Assembly (NCBI RefSeq): GCF_006345805.1
Contig: NC_042997.1
Span: 196,602,001-196,666,000 of the forward strand
Origin: Octopus sinensis
Lineage: Eukaryota
Length of the DNA: 64,000 nucleotides
Reading direction: 5' to 3'
Position 1 is the stretch's first letter, and every line of letters starts with the position of its first letter. Under the pieces are notes generated by a model. That model was given only the letters and a program-made list of their open reading frames with translations. It was not told where the DNA came from and searched no databases. The translations under genes were made by a program, and so were the position numbers. Shown here piece by piece: positions 50,175-63,240 of the stretch.

Positions 50175-50633
50175 TAAGTAGAGACTTCACACTTAAAATC
50201 TTCAAAGCCACACTGGAACCAATTCTACTATATGGCTCAGAAACCTGGATGTTATCAAAGAAGCTTGAGAGGCGGTTGGATGGAACCTACACTCGCCTCC
50301 TTATGAGATCCCAAAATCTCTCGTGGAAGAGTCATCCAACCAAAATGCAAATATATGGGAAACTACCACCTGTGGCATCTCTTATGAAAGGTAGAAGAGT
50401 CCAGATGGCTGGACATTGTTGTAGACCTGAAAACGAGGCAATTACTACTTTTCTCCTCTGGAAGCCATCTGCTCGCGATACCAGAGGGCGCACACTCTCC
50501 TACCCTGATGTAATCTCCAGGGATACAGGCATCCAGCAACAGGAACCTCCGTAATGCTATGATGGACCGTGAAGTCTGGCGTAGCATGGTAAATTCCATT
50601 GTCTCGACCACGGTCGAACAATGATGATGATGA
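50175..50633 (+). mobile_element. 3' end of an RTE-group LINE with (TGA)n tail
   Basis: ILLYGSETW, RRLDGTYTRLL, AGHC.R, MMDREVWR*; tgatgatgatga. Confidence 0.88.
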
Positions 50634-51074
50634 TATATGTGCGCATGCATGCATGTGTGTGTGTGAGCGTAATTTATTTTGCTCAGGTGTGTCATACAAG
50701 TCCACACACGCACACACACCCACACATTTGTGCTTACGTACATTCACGTGATTTGTAAAAAAATTATTTTCAAAAAGATTTAAAACATAGCATTTGACGG
50801 ACTTATGACATGAGTACAGATTTAATCAGATTTTCTGTGTGCTTGTGTGCGGAGATGATTGACAACAAGTTTTCTCACAAGCAGCTTCCGTATAAAGAAC
50901 AACAAACGGTCTTTAATCGATAACTTTCTCTAATCTATTTATCATTGAGTTCACATTCTTTGTTCTCCGAATGTTTTAAATGCTTATGAGATTATCTAGT
51001 CAAAGAAGTTCACCTACTTCGAAATATCTGAATATCCCCGCTTGTCTACTGCTTATTGCGTTTAAAGAAGACCA

Positions 51075-51680
51075 GCACACACGCACAAACACACACACAC
51101 ACATATATATATATATTATATATATACATATATATATGTACATATATGTACATACATATATATATATACATATATATATATACATATATGTACATTTTTG
51201 TACATATATATATATATATACATATATGTACATATATATATATATATATATACATATATGTACATATATATATACATACATATATGTACATATATATATA
51301 CATACATATATGTACATATATATATACATATATGTACATATATATATATACATATATGTACATATATATACATATATGTACATATATATATATACATATA
51401 TGTACATATATATATATATACATATATGTACATATATATATATACATATATATACATATATACATACATATATATACATATATACATACATATATACATA
51501 CATATATACACCTATACATACATATAATATATAAATATATAAATCTATATACACATATACATACATACGTATATACATATATATACATACATATATACAC
51601 ATATATATACACACATATATATATCCGTATATTTATATATATCTATGTGTATATATTTATACATATATACACATACAATC
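51075..51680. repeat. Compound (TA)/(TACATATATG) microsatellite
   Basis: Direct reading. Confidence 0.95.
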
Positions 51681-53484
51681 ATACCCTATTTGCTCGTGTA
51701 TAAATCGCACCGGTTATACTTGATTTTAACGAAAAGTCTGGTGTGTGACTTGTACATGGAATAAAGCTAAACGTATGAATTTTGTACGAAAATTTAACAC
51801 GAAATTAGGAGTGCGAACAGTTCTTATCGTTTCACTTTTTGTTACCTCCCCCCTCCTCCACTTTAATCGAGCAGGTTTCTGATTAAAGGCGTTCCAGCAA
51901 TGAAACTTTTGACTCTTTCTCCAGACATAGTGTATCTAAGACTACATTTTCCAATGTATTTTCCTCTTTTCGTTTAAGATAAAAGAGTAAGTGCGATTTG
52001 GATATTTCTAGTAAGCTGAGCAACAGCGCAGGAGTTCTCTACTTTTCTGACAGTACACCTGTCTTTCAAACTATGTACCCGACTTCCCAAAATCGCTCCA
52101 CTATAGTGACACTCCCCTGAAGCGAAGATACGCCCTTGCAGTAAATGAGCCCCCGAGACCATTGAAATCACTGTGTTTCTGCAGCCGTTGCTGCATCTGC
52201 AGCTATTATGCTCATTAGCGATGTGCCTCTATGGATTTTCACATCTCTGAGGCCGTCACGCTTCTGCTACTACGACGACCTCAGCTGTTACTCTATGGTG
52301 CGCCCCACCTGATCATCAAAAATTCCTATTCGTTGAAAGAAACAAATTACTACAAGGAGTACTCGATGGACATTAATGAAAAAGAATGCACTTATAGAGA
52401 CTGAAAATTGCACATCTAGAGAGCTGGCATGCACTGTAATATTTGAATGTATACACTGCAAACTACTATTTACACCTGTAAGCCCGGCTGTTACTGGTGA
52501 TTCCATATGACTTGGTAGCATAGTCTTTTGATGGCTAATTAGCCGCTAAGGTACATAGATATCCTCTCGGTCACTTCACTTTTGTACTAGAATAGACAAG
52601 ACCAGAGTGAAATGAAGTGTCTTAGTCAAGGGGACAATACACTGCCCATTGTTGACCATATATACTGTATTTACTCGTCAACGAGTCGCACTTATGGATA
52701 AATTGCAATGAGGTATATGTCGTACTTGAGTAAAACTCGCACTCGTAATAAATGACACTCGCGTCTAAGTGCACACCTAATGTAGTGTTAAATATCAGTA
52801 CACATTTCTCCCTTTGTAGCTTTAGCTTTTCTGGATGTTTTTCAAAATAATGAGCAACAAATTTCAAGAGAATTTAAAAAACTAATTTTAAATATGATCA
52901 AAATTGAAATGAAATTAGTAGAAACTGGTGTACCAAGTTTTTTATCCAGTAGTATTACTACTTTTTCTAAAACCAAATGAATAATAATAAGCTTAGGTTT
53001 ATCAACACCAAAATGAAGGACCCAGCTTGCTGGTTGTTGCAAATATATGACATTCTTGAATGTGTAGTTTTACGATGTAATTACATAACATTTAAGAACA
53101 ACCTTCAGAATTTTATTAACAACCTAATTTGGATTATTAACCTATATGAATGAGAGTTAGGTAGAATAAATGAAAGTACGTTAAGACATTAATTCTTCTC
53201 AGAAATAAATTTACCATCATATACTAACCCCAGTTGAGTTTTATCGATGCTATTATAGAAATTGTTGCTATTACAGTAACTATTGGTTGGCATCCTTGTT
53301 TTCTGTCATTGACTTATACTCCACGATGACTAACTGAATCCTTGTTTCAAAAATATTAGTTTTCGTCGGAAACTACATTTTCATCATTGATAATTACGCC
53401 AAAATAATCCTATATGCAAAAAGTAATAGCTACGGGTACTCGAGTCTCTGCAGGATTTAACGGGTATTTTTCAAATTTTTGAGT

Positions 53485-53860
53485 TTACCAACCACATGGT
53501 TCCGGGTTCAGTCTCACTGCGTGGCACCTTGGGCAAGTGTCTTCTACTATAGTCTCGGGCCGACCAAAGCCTTGTGAGTGCATTTGGTAGACGGAAACTG
53601 AAAGAAGCCCGTCTTATATATATGTATATGTATGTGTGTGTGTGTGTATATGTTTGTGTGCTCGTGTTTGTCCCTCCACCATCGCTCGACATCGATGCAG
53701 GTGTGTTTACGTCCCCGTAACTTAGCAGTTCGGCAAAAGAGAACGATAGAATAAGTACTAGGCTTACAAAGAATAAGTCCTGGGGTCGATTTGCTCGACC
53801 AAAGGCGGTGCCCCAGCATGGCCACAGTCACATGACTGAAACAAGTAAAAGAGCAAAGAG
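53485..53860 (+). mobile_element. SINE family B, 5'-truncated
   Basis: Family B body and tail. Confidence 0.9.
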
Positions 53861-54348
53861 TTACATTTTAGTTGTAATATACAATATATTTGATAATTCG
53901 CAATGCGATTTATATCGAAATGACGGATTTATTATCATAAGAAATATGGGTATACCAAAATTGGAGATAATTTGAAAATATTTCTAGTTTGCTGTCATTG
54001 ACACAATAACCTTCACCAAGCATTAGATTTCATAAAAATTGCATTTCAATCACCGATTCTTCTGTCGAAATAATCCTGTATGCAAAAACATATAGCTACG
54101 GGTGGTCGAGTTTTTGTAGAAATTTATCAGTATTTTGTTTCTGATTTTGCATTTCAGATCTAATGCACAATATATTTTAAAATGTGCAGAGTGGCTTATA
54201 TCGAGATGACGGAAATATGCATGCCGAACAATTGGAGATAATTAGAAAATATTCTTAGCTTACTAACGCTGACTTCTATTCACCAAATCATGTATACAAA
54301 AAAAGGTATAGCTAAAGGTAATTGAGGTTCTGCAAAAAATTATGAATA

Positions 54349-54775
54349 TGGCGCAGGCGTGGCTGTGTGGTAAGTAGGTTGCTTACCAACCACATGGTTC
54401 CAGGTTCAGTCCCACTGCGTGGCACCTTGGGCAAGTGTCTTCTACTATAGCCAATGCCTTGTGAGTGGATTTGGTAAACGGAAACTGAAAGAAGCCCGTC
54501 GTATATATGTATATATATATATATATGTATGAGTGTGTATATGTTTGTGTGTGTATATGTTTGTGTGTGTTTATGTTTGTATGTCTTTGTCCCACCCCCC
54601 GAACATCGCTTGACAATCGATGGTGGTGTGTTTACGTCCCCGTAACTTATCGGTTCGGCGAATAATTACTAGGCTTCCCAAGAATAAGTCCTGGGGTCGA
54701 TTTGCTCGATAAAGGCGGAGCTTCAGCATGGCCGCAGTAAAATGACTGAAACAAGTAAAATAGAAAGAGTAAAGA
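54349..54775 (+). mobile_element. SINE family B
   Basis: Full head to tail; short TSD-like tatggc. Confidence 0.9.
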
Positions 54776-55669
54776 GTATGGCTTTTTAAACTTTGTACTT
54801 TAGCTCTAATATATAATATATCTATTAATTTGCAATGTGGTTTATATCGAGATGACGGCTATACAGATATTGCTTAACAGATAGAGAGAATCATAAAAAA
54901 TTGGTTTTGGTTTATTTAGAGATTCATATCTAAAAGTTGCAGTTGATGGAAATTTTCATAGAATTATTAATTTAGGTATCACTTTAAACTTAGACACCAC
55001 AAATCCTCAACATTTAATAAGAAAAATGAAAGGCTAGAAAGCATGGTTATTTATTCAAATCACCTGCCTACCATTAATGAAGTGTTAATATGGATATTTC
55101 TTTGAAAAGTATTACGGTTATCAAATATTTCATCTTTTAATGAAGCGACCTCTTATTATAATGACAGATGGAAACATAAATAATCGAACAATACTTCTCC
55201 GATATGGAATAACAGAAAATGTAAAATCATTTGTTTTAATGGCTTCTTCAGTTTTGATGTGTATACATGAGTGTTGGTAGAAATTGGTTGTTTTATTACA
55301 TTTTTCCGAGAAGTAATTAATATTATGAGATATTTAAGAAGAATAATGTTTAATAGGATTTGACTTGTATACATAATTTTGCCATAAGATTAGCAAATAC
55401 AAGTAGGGAAAGTCATAAATACGCATAAATATTTATATAATACATACACACTCTCATACGTACATATATGCATATATACCTACACGCACACACACATACA
55501 CACATGCATATGCGTATATAATTGAAATTTATAGAAAAACAAAAGCCAAAGGCAACAAACAATTGTATTAGTTTGACACTCAGGATACGTTTCGAGCATA
55601 CGCTTTTCAACAGAAAGGAATATATATATACTTGCATACACACACACAAACACACACACGTACATACAC

Positions 55670-56045
55670 TCTTTTACTTGTTTCAGTCATTTGACTGCGG
55701 CCATGCTGGAGCACCGCCTTTAATCGAGCAACTCGACCCCGGGACTTATTCTTTGTAAGCCCAGTACTTATTCTATCGGGGACATAAACACACCAGCATC
55801 AGCTGTCAAGCAATGCTAGAGGGACAAATACACACACACAGACACACACACACATACACACATATATATATATACATATATACGACAGGCTTCTTTCAGT
55901 TTCCGTCTACCAAATCCACTCACAAGGCTTTGGTCGGCCCGAGGCTATAGTAGAAGACACTTGCCCAAGGTGCCACGCAGTGGGACTGAACCCGGAACCA
56001 TGTGGTTGGTAAACAGGCTACTTACCACACAGCCACTCCTGCGCC
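55670..56045 (-). mobile_element. SINE family B
   Basis: Reverse complement. Confidence 0.9.
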
Positions 56046-56745
56046 CTGTATATAAATGTATAATAACAAATTAATAAATAAAACATATGCATATATACAT
56101 ACATATATGTACGTACCTACATCTACATGTATATATACATGCATATATGGGCACAGGACACCCCCAAAAAAAAACGTCGAACACAATGAGAAACGAAAAC
56201 ACAAACACAAAACCAAGGAAATGGATATTTTTCTTAAACAACGAAAAAATAGAGTACAGGACACAAGGAAAATTTCCCTTCTTCAGTCGCCTCTGTTTCA
56301 TCTACTCCGCGTTTCTAAGTATACATTTTATATGCATAGAGTAAGAAAGAAAGAGAGTGAAAGAAAGAGTGAGGGGAGAAAGAGAGGAAGAGCGGGGGGG
56401 GGGATAAAATTTTCTCAGATGGTCTGTGTAATGTAACCTAGATATAAATTGTTAAGAACAGAAACAAAACAATACAAAAGGACTTTTCCATTTTATTTCA
56501 AAATTTCGGGTTTAAAATCCTTTATAAAAAGAAAATAGAAGGTGGTGATGAACCGGTGTTCTTTAGTATACGTACGATGGACAGTGGCTGTGTCATGCTC
56601 AAACATAGAAGAATTTTAATGTACCAAAATTCACTTTCTGCCAAGATAAAGGCCGTTTAATGCAAGATCTTATTTAAGTGTGTAAATGGAACATGTCCAC
56701 CATTCGCTTTTCCTTTTTTTTTGTAAGTCATACTACTTGTGCGTG

Positions 56746-57131
56746 AAGGCGCAATGGCCCAGTGGTTAGGGCAGCAGACACGCGGTCATAGGATCGCGGT
56801 TTCGATTCCCAGACCGGGCGTTGTGAGTGTTTATTGAGCGAAAACACCTAAAAGCTCCACGAGGCTCCGGCAGGGGATGGTGGTGATCCCTGCTGTACTC
56901 TTTCACCATAACTTTCTCTCACTCTTACTTCCTGTTTCTGTTGTACCTGTATTTCAAGGGACCGGCCTTGTCACTCTCTGTGTCACGCTGAATATCCCCG
57001 AGAACTACGTTAGGGGTGCACGTGTCTGTGGAGTGCTCAGCCACTTACACGTTAATTTCACGAGCAGGCTGTTCCGTTGATTCAGATCAGCCGGAACCCT
57101 CATCGTCGTAACCGACGGAGTGCTTCCATCC
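56746..57131 (+). mobile_element. tRNA-Arg-like SINE family D (OR1/OR2-like) with 14-bp TSD
   Basis: ggcgcaatggcccagtggttagggc...ggtttcgattccc; TSD actacttgtg(c/t)gtg at 56732-56745 and 57132-57145. Confidence 0.9.
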
Positions 57132-57688
57132 ACTACTTGTGTGTGTGTGTGTGTGGTGTGTGTGTGTGTGTATGTCAATCAGCTTCAAGCATTTTTTTTA
57201 CTTGTTGATAGATGGGCTTTGGCTGTTGATGAAAACGACTTCTTTTATCTCGTAATTTTCTGTTCAGTGGCTTTGATCGTAGCTGCAATAGATATTGGTG
57301 TGTTCAGTGAAGATATATTTATCTAGATATGCAGTTTACTCAATGTTGTAGGATCCGTCACATTTTCTACAGTGAACATCCGTATTTAAGAACCTGTCCA
57401 GAAAAATTCGTCTGTCATTAAACATTAAGAGAAATACCACATTCGAGATATTACACCAATATCTCAGTAAATGAACGGATCATTAAAGATTTGAGAACGA
57501 AAAAGGCCATCCACGTACTTCTTTATTTCTAACTGGTATTTAACAAAATTTCTTTAAACATTTTAGCGCTAGGTTCATCCATTTTTCTTGTAAGTGATGA
57601 ATGTATGTTAAAATTAATTTTCCATTTCATTTGTATCAAATGTATCCTCATAATTAACTTTATACATTTAATATTTCCCTTTGATGAA

Positions 57689-58008
57689 GGCGCGTGGCTT
57701 AGTGGTTAGGGCATTCGGTTCACGATCGTAAGGTCGTGAGTTCGATTCCCGGCGACGCGTTGTGTCCTTGAGCAAGACACTTTTTTTCACGTTGCTCCAG
57801 TCCGATCAGCTGTCAAAAATGAGTAGTACCTGTATTTCAAAAGGCCAGCCTTGTCACAATCTGTGTCACGCTGAATCTCCCTGAGAACTACATTAAGGGT
57901 ACACGTGTCTGTGGAGAGTTCAGCCACTTGCACGTTAATTTCTCGAGCAAGCTGTTCCGTTGATCGGATCAGCTGGGACCCTCGTCGTCGCAACTGAAGG
58001 AGTGCTCT
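57689..58008 (+). mobile_element. tRNA-Arg-like SINE family C, full length
   Basis: ggcgcgtggcttagtggttagggc..cacgatc..gagttcgattccc; tail shared with family D. Confidence 0.9.
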
Positions 58009-58871
58009 CAGTATTTCCATTTACTCCTACATTTACGGACATATTATTTCTGTATATTGTACGTCTTTAGCACCGAGTAAGGAACAATAGATAACCCATT
58101 AATCTAAGTAATTCTCTGCATTTTTAAGCAGAAGAATTGGGAGAGACGAAGAAGGGAGAATATAGAGAAGAAAGAGATAGTGACTCATAGTTGTAGAAAT
58201 AAAATGTAAGAATTTTAATGTACCACAGTTCACTTTATTTTTCTGCCAAGATAAAGGCCATTTAATGCAAGTTTAAGTGTGTAAAGGGAAAATTTCCATC
58301 ATTCGCTTCTTTTTTGTGTAAGTCATACTATTTGTGTGTGTATCTGTGTGCGTGACTGTGTACGTGTGTATAGGTTAATATGCGTGTACATGTGTGTGTA
58401 TTTGTGTGTGTGTGCGTGCGTGCCTAAAATAGGTAAGCGCGTCAGTACACTTCGACATTTCATGTTGTTTCAGCACCAGGTTGTGAATAAATTACGTCAT
58501 ATCTAACCCATCTAATAATACCATGCAAACGAAGGCCTCTCACTGTCGTCGTGCATGCTTTTGTATTTCTCAACACAAACAGTTTAATTACTGGTACAGA
58601 GATTTGTGCCACAGAATAAAACATATGTACTTTTTTTCTATTTTGCTAAAACTAATTATCATAGTCACTGCCATAACATAGTATGTCGTGTATCCATTTG
58701 AAGTTTCATGCTTCTTTTTCGATATGCACGGATGGCCTATTTTGTATATTTGGGGACTTAGACCCTACAACAATAAGCAGTAGATGGTAGTTAATTGCCA
58801 AATGATTGTCTCCATTTTAAAGCAGGAATATAGGATAAAAGAGAGCAGAAAGAATGGAAAAAAATGGAATA

Positions 58872-59290
58872 GGCGCAGGAGTGGCTGTGTGGTAAGTAGC
58901 TTGCTTATCAACCACATGGTTCCGGGTTCAGTCCCACTGCGTGGCATCTTGGGCAAATGTCTTCTGCTATAGCCTCGGGCCGACCAATGCCTTGTGAGTG
59001 GATTTGGTAGACGGAAACTGAAAGAAGCTTGTCGTATATATGTTATATGTATATATATATATGTATGTGTGTGTGTGTGTGGATATGTTTGTGTGTCTGT
59101 GTTTGTCCCTCTAGCATTGCTTGACAACCGATGCTGGTGTGTTTACGTCCCCGTCACTTAGCGGTTCGGCAAAAGAGACCGATAGAATAAGTACTGGGCT
59201 TACAAAGAATAAGTTCTGGGGTCGATTTGCTCGACTAAAAGGCGGTGCTCCAGCATGGCCGCAGTCAAATGACTGAAACAAGTAAAAGAG
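58872..59290 (+). mobile_element. SINE family B, near consensus
   Basis: Full length. Confidence 0.92.
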
Positions 59291-60544
59291 TAATAGAATT
59301 ACACATAGCTTTAGAGACAGAAATATATTTGATTGTACCTAATTCGCATTCCTTTTCTGTTTTGACAGAAAAGGAACACGGACTGGGTATGTTGATATGT
59401 ACACATACACATACACACACGCACATCAACAAACAGATTTGGGGTGTATCTGACCTGTACAAAGGCCGGATTCACAGATAGTTTGCTATGGAGATCCTAT
59501 CTTGCTTTAAGGCGATAAGCACTGAAATGCACAAACGATCATTTCAAAATGCCCTTCTTTCGCAGAATAGTGAATGAATTTCTCATTCCTTAGCACCGTG
59601 TACCGCAAGAGAGAAAACCCTGAAAGAACTTCGGAAACAGTTGCTTTGTTACAGTGAACTAACATCAAATGATGAGCTGGCCACGGGCGATGCCGGGTCT
59701 GCTACAGCAAATTATTATAGTAGACATGCGCAAGCGGTGTTGCGAATAAATAAACATTCAAATCTACTCAAATATGTTTGGGGCATACACCTGTACAGTA
59801 GAAAGTTCTGATGATAACCAGGAAGCTAGAAATGCATATACCGTTCCACTGAGAGAGGACGTCTTGAAATGTCTATTGGTGTTTTTCAACATCTATTGGT
59901 TGTAGGTCCTCCACGGACAATTAGCAATGATTACGGTCTTTTTGCTGGCAAATTAAGTCCCAAAATACTTAAAGTTATCTAAATACTTTTGCATTCACAA
60001 CACTGCTTTTGCGCACCCACTACAATATTTTGGCAGGAAGATTGGCAGGAAGAACGGTGGAAGTTCTCCTCGAATCGATGATCTGGTTCAAATGCTTGCA
60101 TTAGTTTGAAATCCATTAAAGTCACTTAAGTTTGTCGCTCAAGAACTCAGAGCAAAAAGAGTCGGAATAAAGTATGGCATAAAAAATCCAGCCATAAAAA
60201 TGGTGCTATAAAAAATCTGGCCAATCCACCGCCCACTTGAGGAATTATATTTTCGATATGGAAAAGGTGAAAAGCATAGTTGACTTCGGTAAGACTTTCA
60301 CTCAGAGCTAAAAAAAAAAAAAAAAAAAACATCCAAAAGCTAACAAACTAGAAAGCATTTTCTTTCAGGCTATAAATATTCTTCAAGATCACTGCCTTAT
60401 TCGGAATAGTTATAGAGCAGGTTTAAGATGAAGAAAAATTCGAGAGAGAGATCCGGAAATACAGAAAGCGTAGTTATCCTTGTTGCAATGGGCGCTGCGT
60501 ATATAAGTCACTCGTAGATTTTTTTTTATGGTGTATAAAATGTT

Positions 60545-61310
60545 AACACACACACACACACACACCCTCACTCTTACATACAAAAATATACACACACCTG
60601 CAGACACCCTCACATACACACATACATATATAAACATACGCGTACTTAGATATACACACACTTCACAGACATACTCATATACACACACCTGCACACACCC
60701 TCAAATACACACATACATATATAAACATACACGTACTTAGATATACACACACTTCACAGACATACTCATATATGCACCATGCACACTCACATACACATAC
60801 ATACACGCACACACGCACACATATATATATATATATATACACTCAGACATATGCAAACATACACGCACACGCTTACACAGACATGTACACATACATACAT
60901 GTACTTACCCATATACACACTCATATACACACATTCGCACATACACACGCATACATACATACATACACATACATGCATTTAAACACACATATACACACAT
61001 TCACTCATACGTATATATACGCACACACATATCGACACACATTCGCACATACGCATACATACACATAAACGGACTTAAACACATACATATACTCACATTC
61101 ACAGACAGACACATACACGCACCTACACACACATACATAAATACACATAACACATACAGGCACTTAAACATATACTCACATTCACAGAGACACACTTACA
61201 TATACACACAGGCAATCACATACAAATGCACACACACACTCACACACATTCATACACACACATACACTCACAGTCACACACATACAGACACACACACACT
61301 TATACGCATG
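60545..61310. repeat. Degenerate (CA/TA) low-complexity tract with an internal ~63-bp duplication
   Basis: acacatacatatataaacatac.cgtacttagatatacacacacttcacagacatactcatata at ~60618 and ~60710. Confidence 0.9.
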
Positions 61311-61721
61311 AAAGCCGTACAATATCACGACTTTGCACAAGATGATTAAAAATCTAAAGAAACACTTCTAGAAATACGGAAGCACACACACACAATATTC
61401 ATAATACAGAAGCACACACATGCAATATTCATAATAGAGAAGCACATACATAATACATGACTTCGTATTTGATTTACGACGTATATTTTAAGTTTGATCA
61501 ATCCATTTATCGATTTCACATAGACTTATGTCATAACTCGAATTTATATTTCTTTTAATAACTCCTTGAGTATTTTCCTGAATAATATTTGAAATGATCA
61601 GACGAAACGGTGCAGTACCTCGCTTATATGCATATGTTTTATTACACACAGACACGCTTATACATGTAGATGTATGTATGTATGTATGTATGTATGTATG
61701 TATGTCAGTGAGTGTCTGTAA

Positions 61722-61788
<67 letters not shown>

Positions 61789-61823
61789 GGAGTAAGCACA
61801 TATAAAAGTGAAACAAGGTGGGT

Positions 61824-61865
<42 letters not shown>

Positions 61866-62114
61866 CCGTGTGAGTGTTTACGTGAAGTTATTAATATATA
61901 TATTAAAAACACGCCATTAAAAATACGCCATTAAAAACACAAAATATATATGGAAAAGCTTTTTACATACAATATTATTAATAGAATTTACCGACTTTTT
62001 TACTATCTATTTAATTATTTATACTATATTAAGTTTATGCGTATCATTATAGTATTACAAATATATGTATGTATGTATAATATATATAGTATGATATAAC
62101 ATATATATGCATTG

Positions 62115-62443
62115 TTATATTTCAAGACGGTCATTTTGTTTTTGCCAAATAAACACACGTGCTATATATCTGTTCTTGACTTCTGATATATTTCTGTTCT
62201 TATTTTATGTTCTTTATCTGAAAATCTTTCGTCACACATCCTGTGACCTCCTACATGTCTCCTCCTATTCCGGAAGAGTTGCGGAAGTGGTAAAGGACAT
62301 AAAATATGAACAATAATAAATCTGAAGTGAAAAACAAATATATATATATAGCGCGTGTGTTTATTTGGCAAAAAAACCCAAAAAAACAATGACCATCCCG
62401 AAATATAAGAACACACGAGTTTACATCAGGAATCGTGCAAAAC
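62115..62443. mobile_element. Third fold-back Penelope-like terminal element
   Basis: Arms ~62115-62169 and ~62344-62408; loop tctttcgtcacacatcctgtgacctc matches 1185-1208; tail aacacacgagtttacatcaggaatcgtgcaaaac. Confidence 0.7.
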
Positions 62444-62547
62444 TAATACATACATACATACATACATGCATATGTAATCTGAGCGAACAGGGTTTCTGAA
62501 AGAAGCCTGCGAAACTAAGTCGCATCGAACCGAATGAAACTATTTTA

Positions 62548-62583
<36 letters not shown>

Positions 62584-62874
62584 CTGGAAGAAGCAAAATC
62601 AAATGTATAGACGGGCTAGAGATACCGTTGGGGAAGGTTATGAAGCAAATAGAAGAGAAGTACTTGGGGATATTGCAAATGGATAAATTTGATGGAGAAA
62701 GAAATGACAGAAAAAATTTAAGGTAGAGTATTTGCTCAGACTGAGACTGGTCCTTAAGTCGAAATCAAACGGACAATAAGATTAAAGCTATCAAGACCTG
62801 GGCGGTTTCACTACTTTTATATATGGAGCAGGGGTAATCACATGGGCAGTAGACGAACTAAACAGCTCAGACAG
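62584..62874 (+). mobile_element. Internal RT/thumb fragment of an R4/Dong-type element after (AAT)n
   Basis: KYLGILQMDK...EYLLRLRLVLKSK.NG..KIKAIKTWAVSLL.YGAGVITW. Confidence 0.75.
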
Positions 62875-63240
62875 GCGAAATGCTGAGCGGTATTTCGCCT
62901 GTCTTTACGTTCTGAGTTCAAATTCCGCTGAGGATGACTTTGCCTTTCATCCTTTCGGGGTCGATAAATTAAGTACCAGTTACGCACTGGTGTCGATATA
63001 ATCGACTTAATCCGTTTGTCTGTCCTTGTTTATCCCCTCTGTGTGTAGCACCTTGTGGGCAGTAAAAAAATAGGTATTTCGTCTGCCGTTACGTTCTGAG
63101 TTCAAACTCCGCCGAGGTCCACTTTGCCTTTCATCCTTTCGCGGGTCAATAAATTAAGTACCAGTTGTGTATTGGTTCAATATAAGCGACCGGCCCCCTC
63201 CTCCAAAATTTCGGGCCTTGTACCTAGTGTAGAAAAGAAT
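62873..63240 (+). mobile_element. SINE family A dimer, 5'-truncated
   Basis: Body duplicated, both tail variants. Confidence 0.88.

Larger units (their letters stand above)
53350..54870. repeat. Old three-unit diverged tandem repeat interrupted by two SINE B copies
   Basis: aatc.t.tat.caaaaa...atagcta...gt...gag at ~53403, ~54069, ~54285; ttatatcga.atgacgg at ~53910, ~54196, ~54842. Confidence 0.7.

Noticed and set aside
50980-51703. Long Y/I/H/M/C-rich ORFs (also near 10.7, 21.3, 26, 30.4, 44, 60.8 and 61.5 kb)
   Set aside because: Translation artefacts of stop-poor TA/CA microsatellites.
56140-56320. CUGAAGAAG and GAAACGCGGA on the minus strand; similar partial motif at 4535-4575
   Set aside because: Possibly Penelope-like terminal scraps, but the core is incomplete and cannot be folded.
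59678-59706. ccacgggcgatgccgggtctgctac as a Helitron 3' end
   Set aside because: Lacks the terminal CTRR and no matching 5' end is visible.
62478-62527. GCGAACA...hairpin...CGAAACUAAGUC hammerhead-like motif
   Set aside because: No stem I, and extra bases before GAAA.
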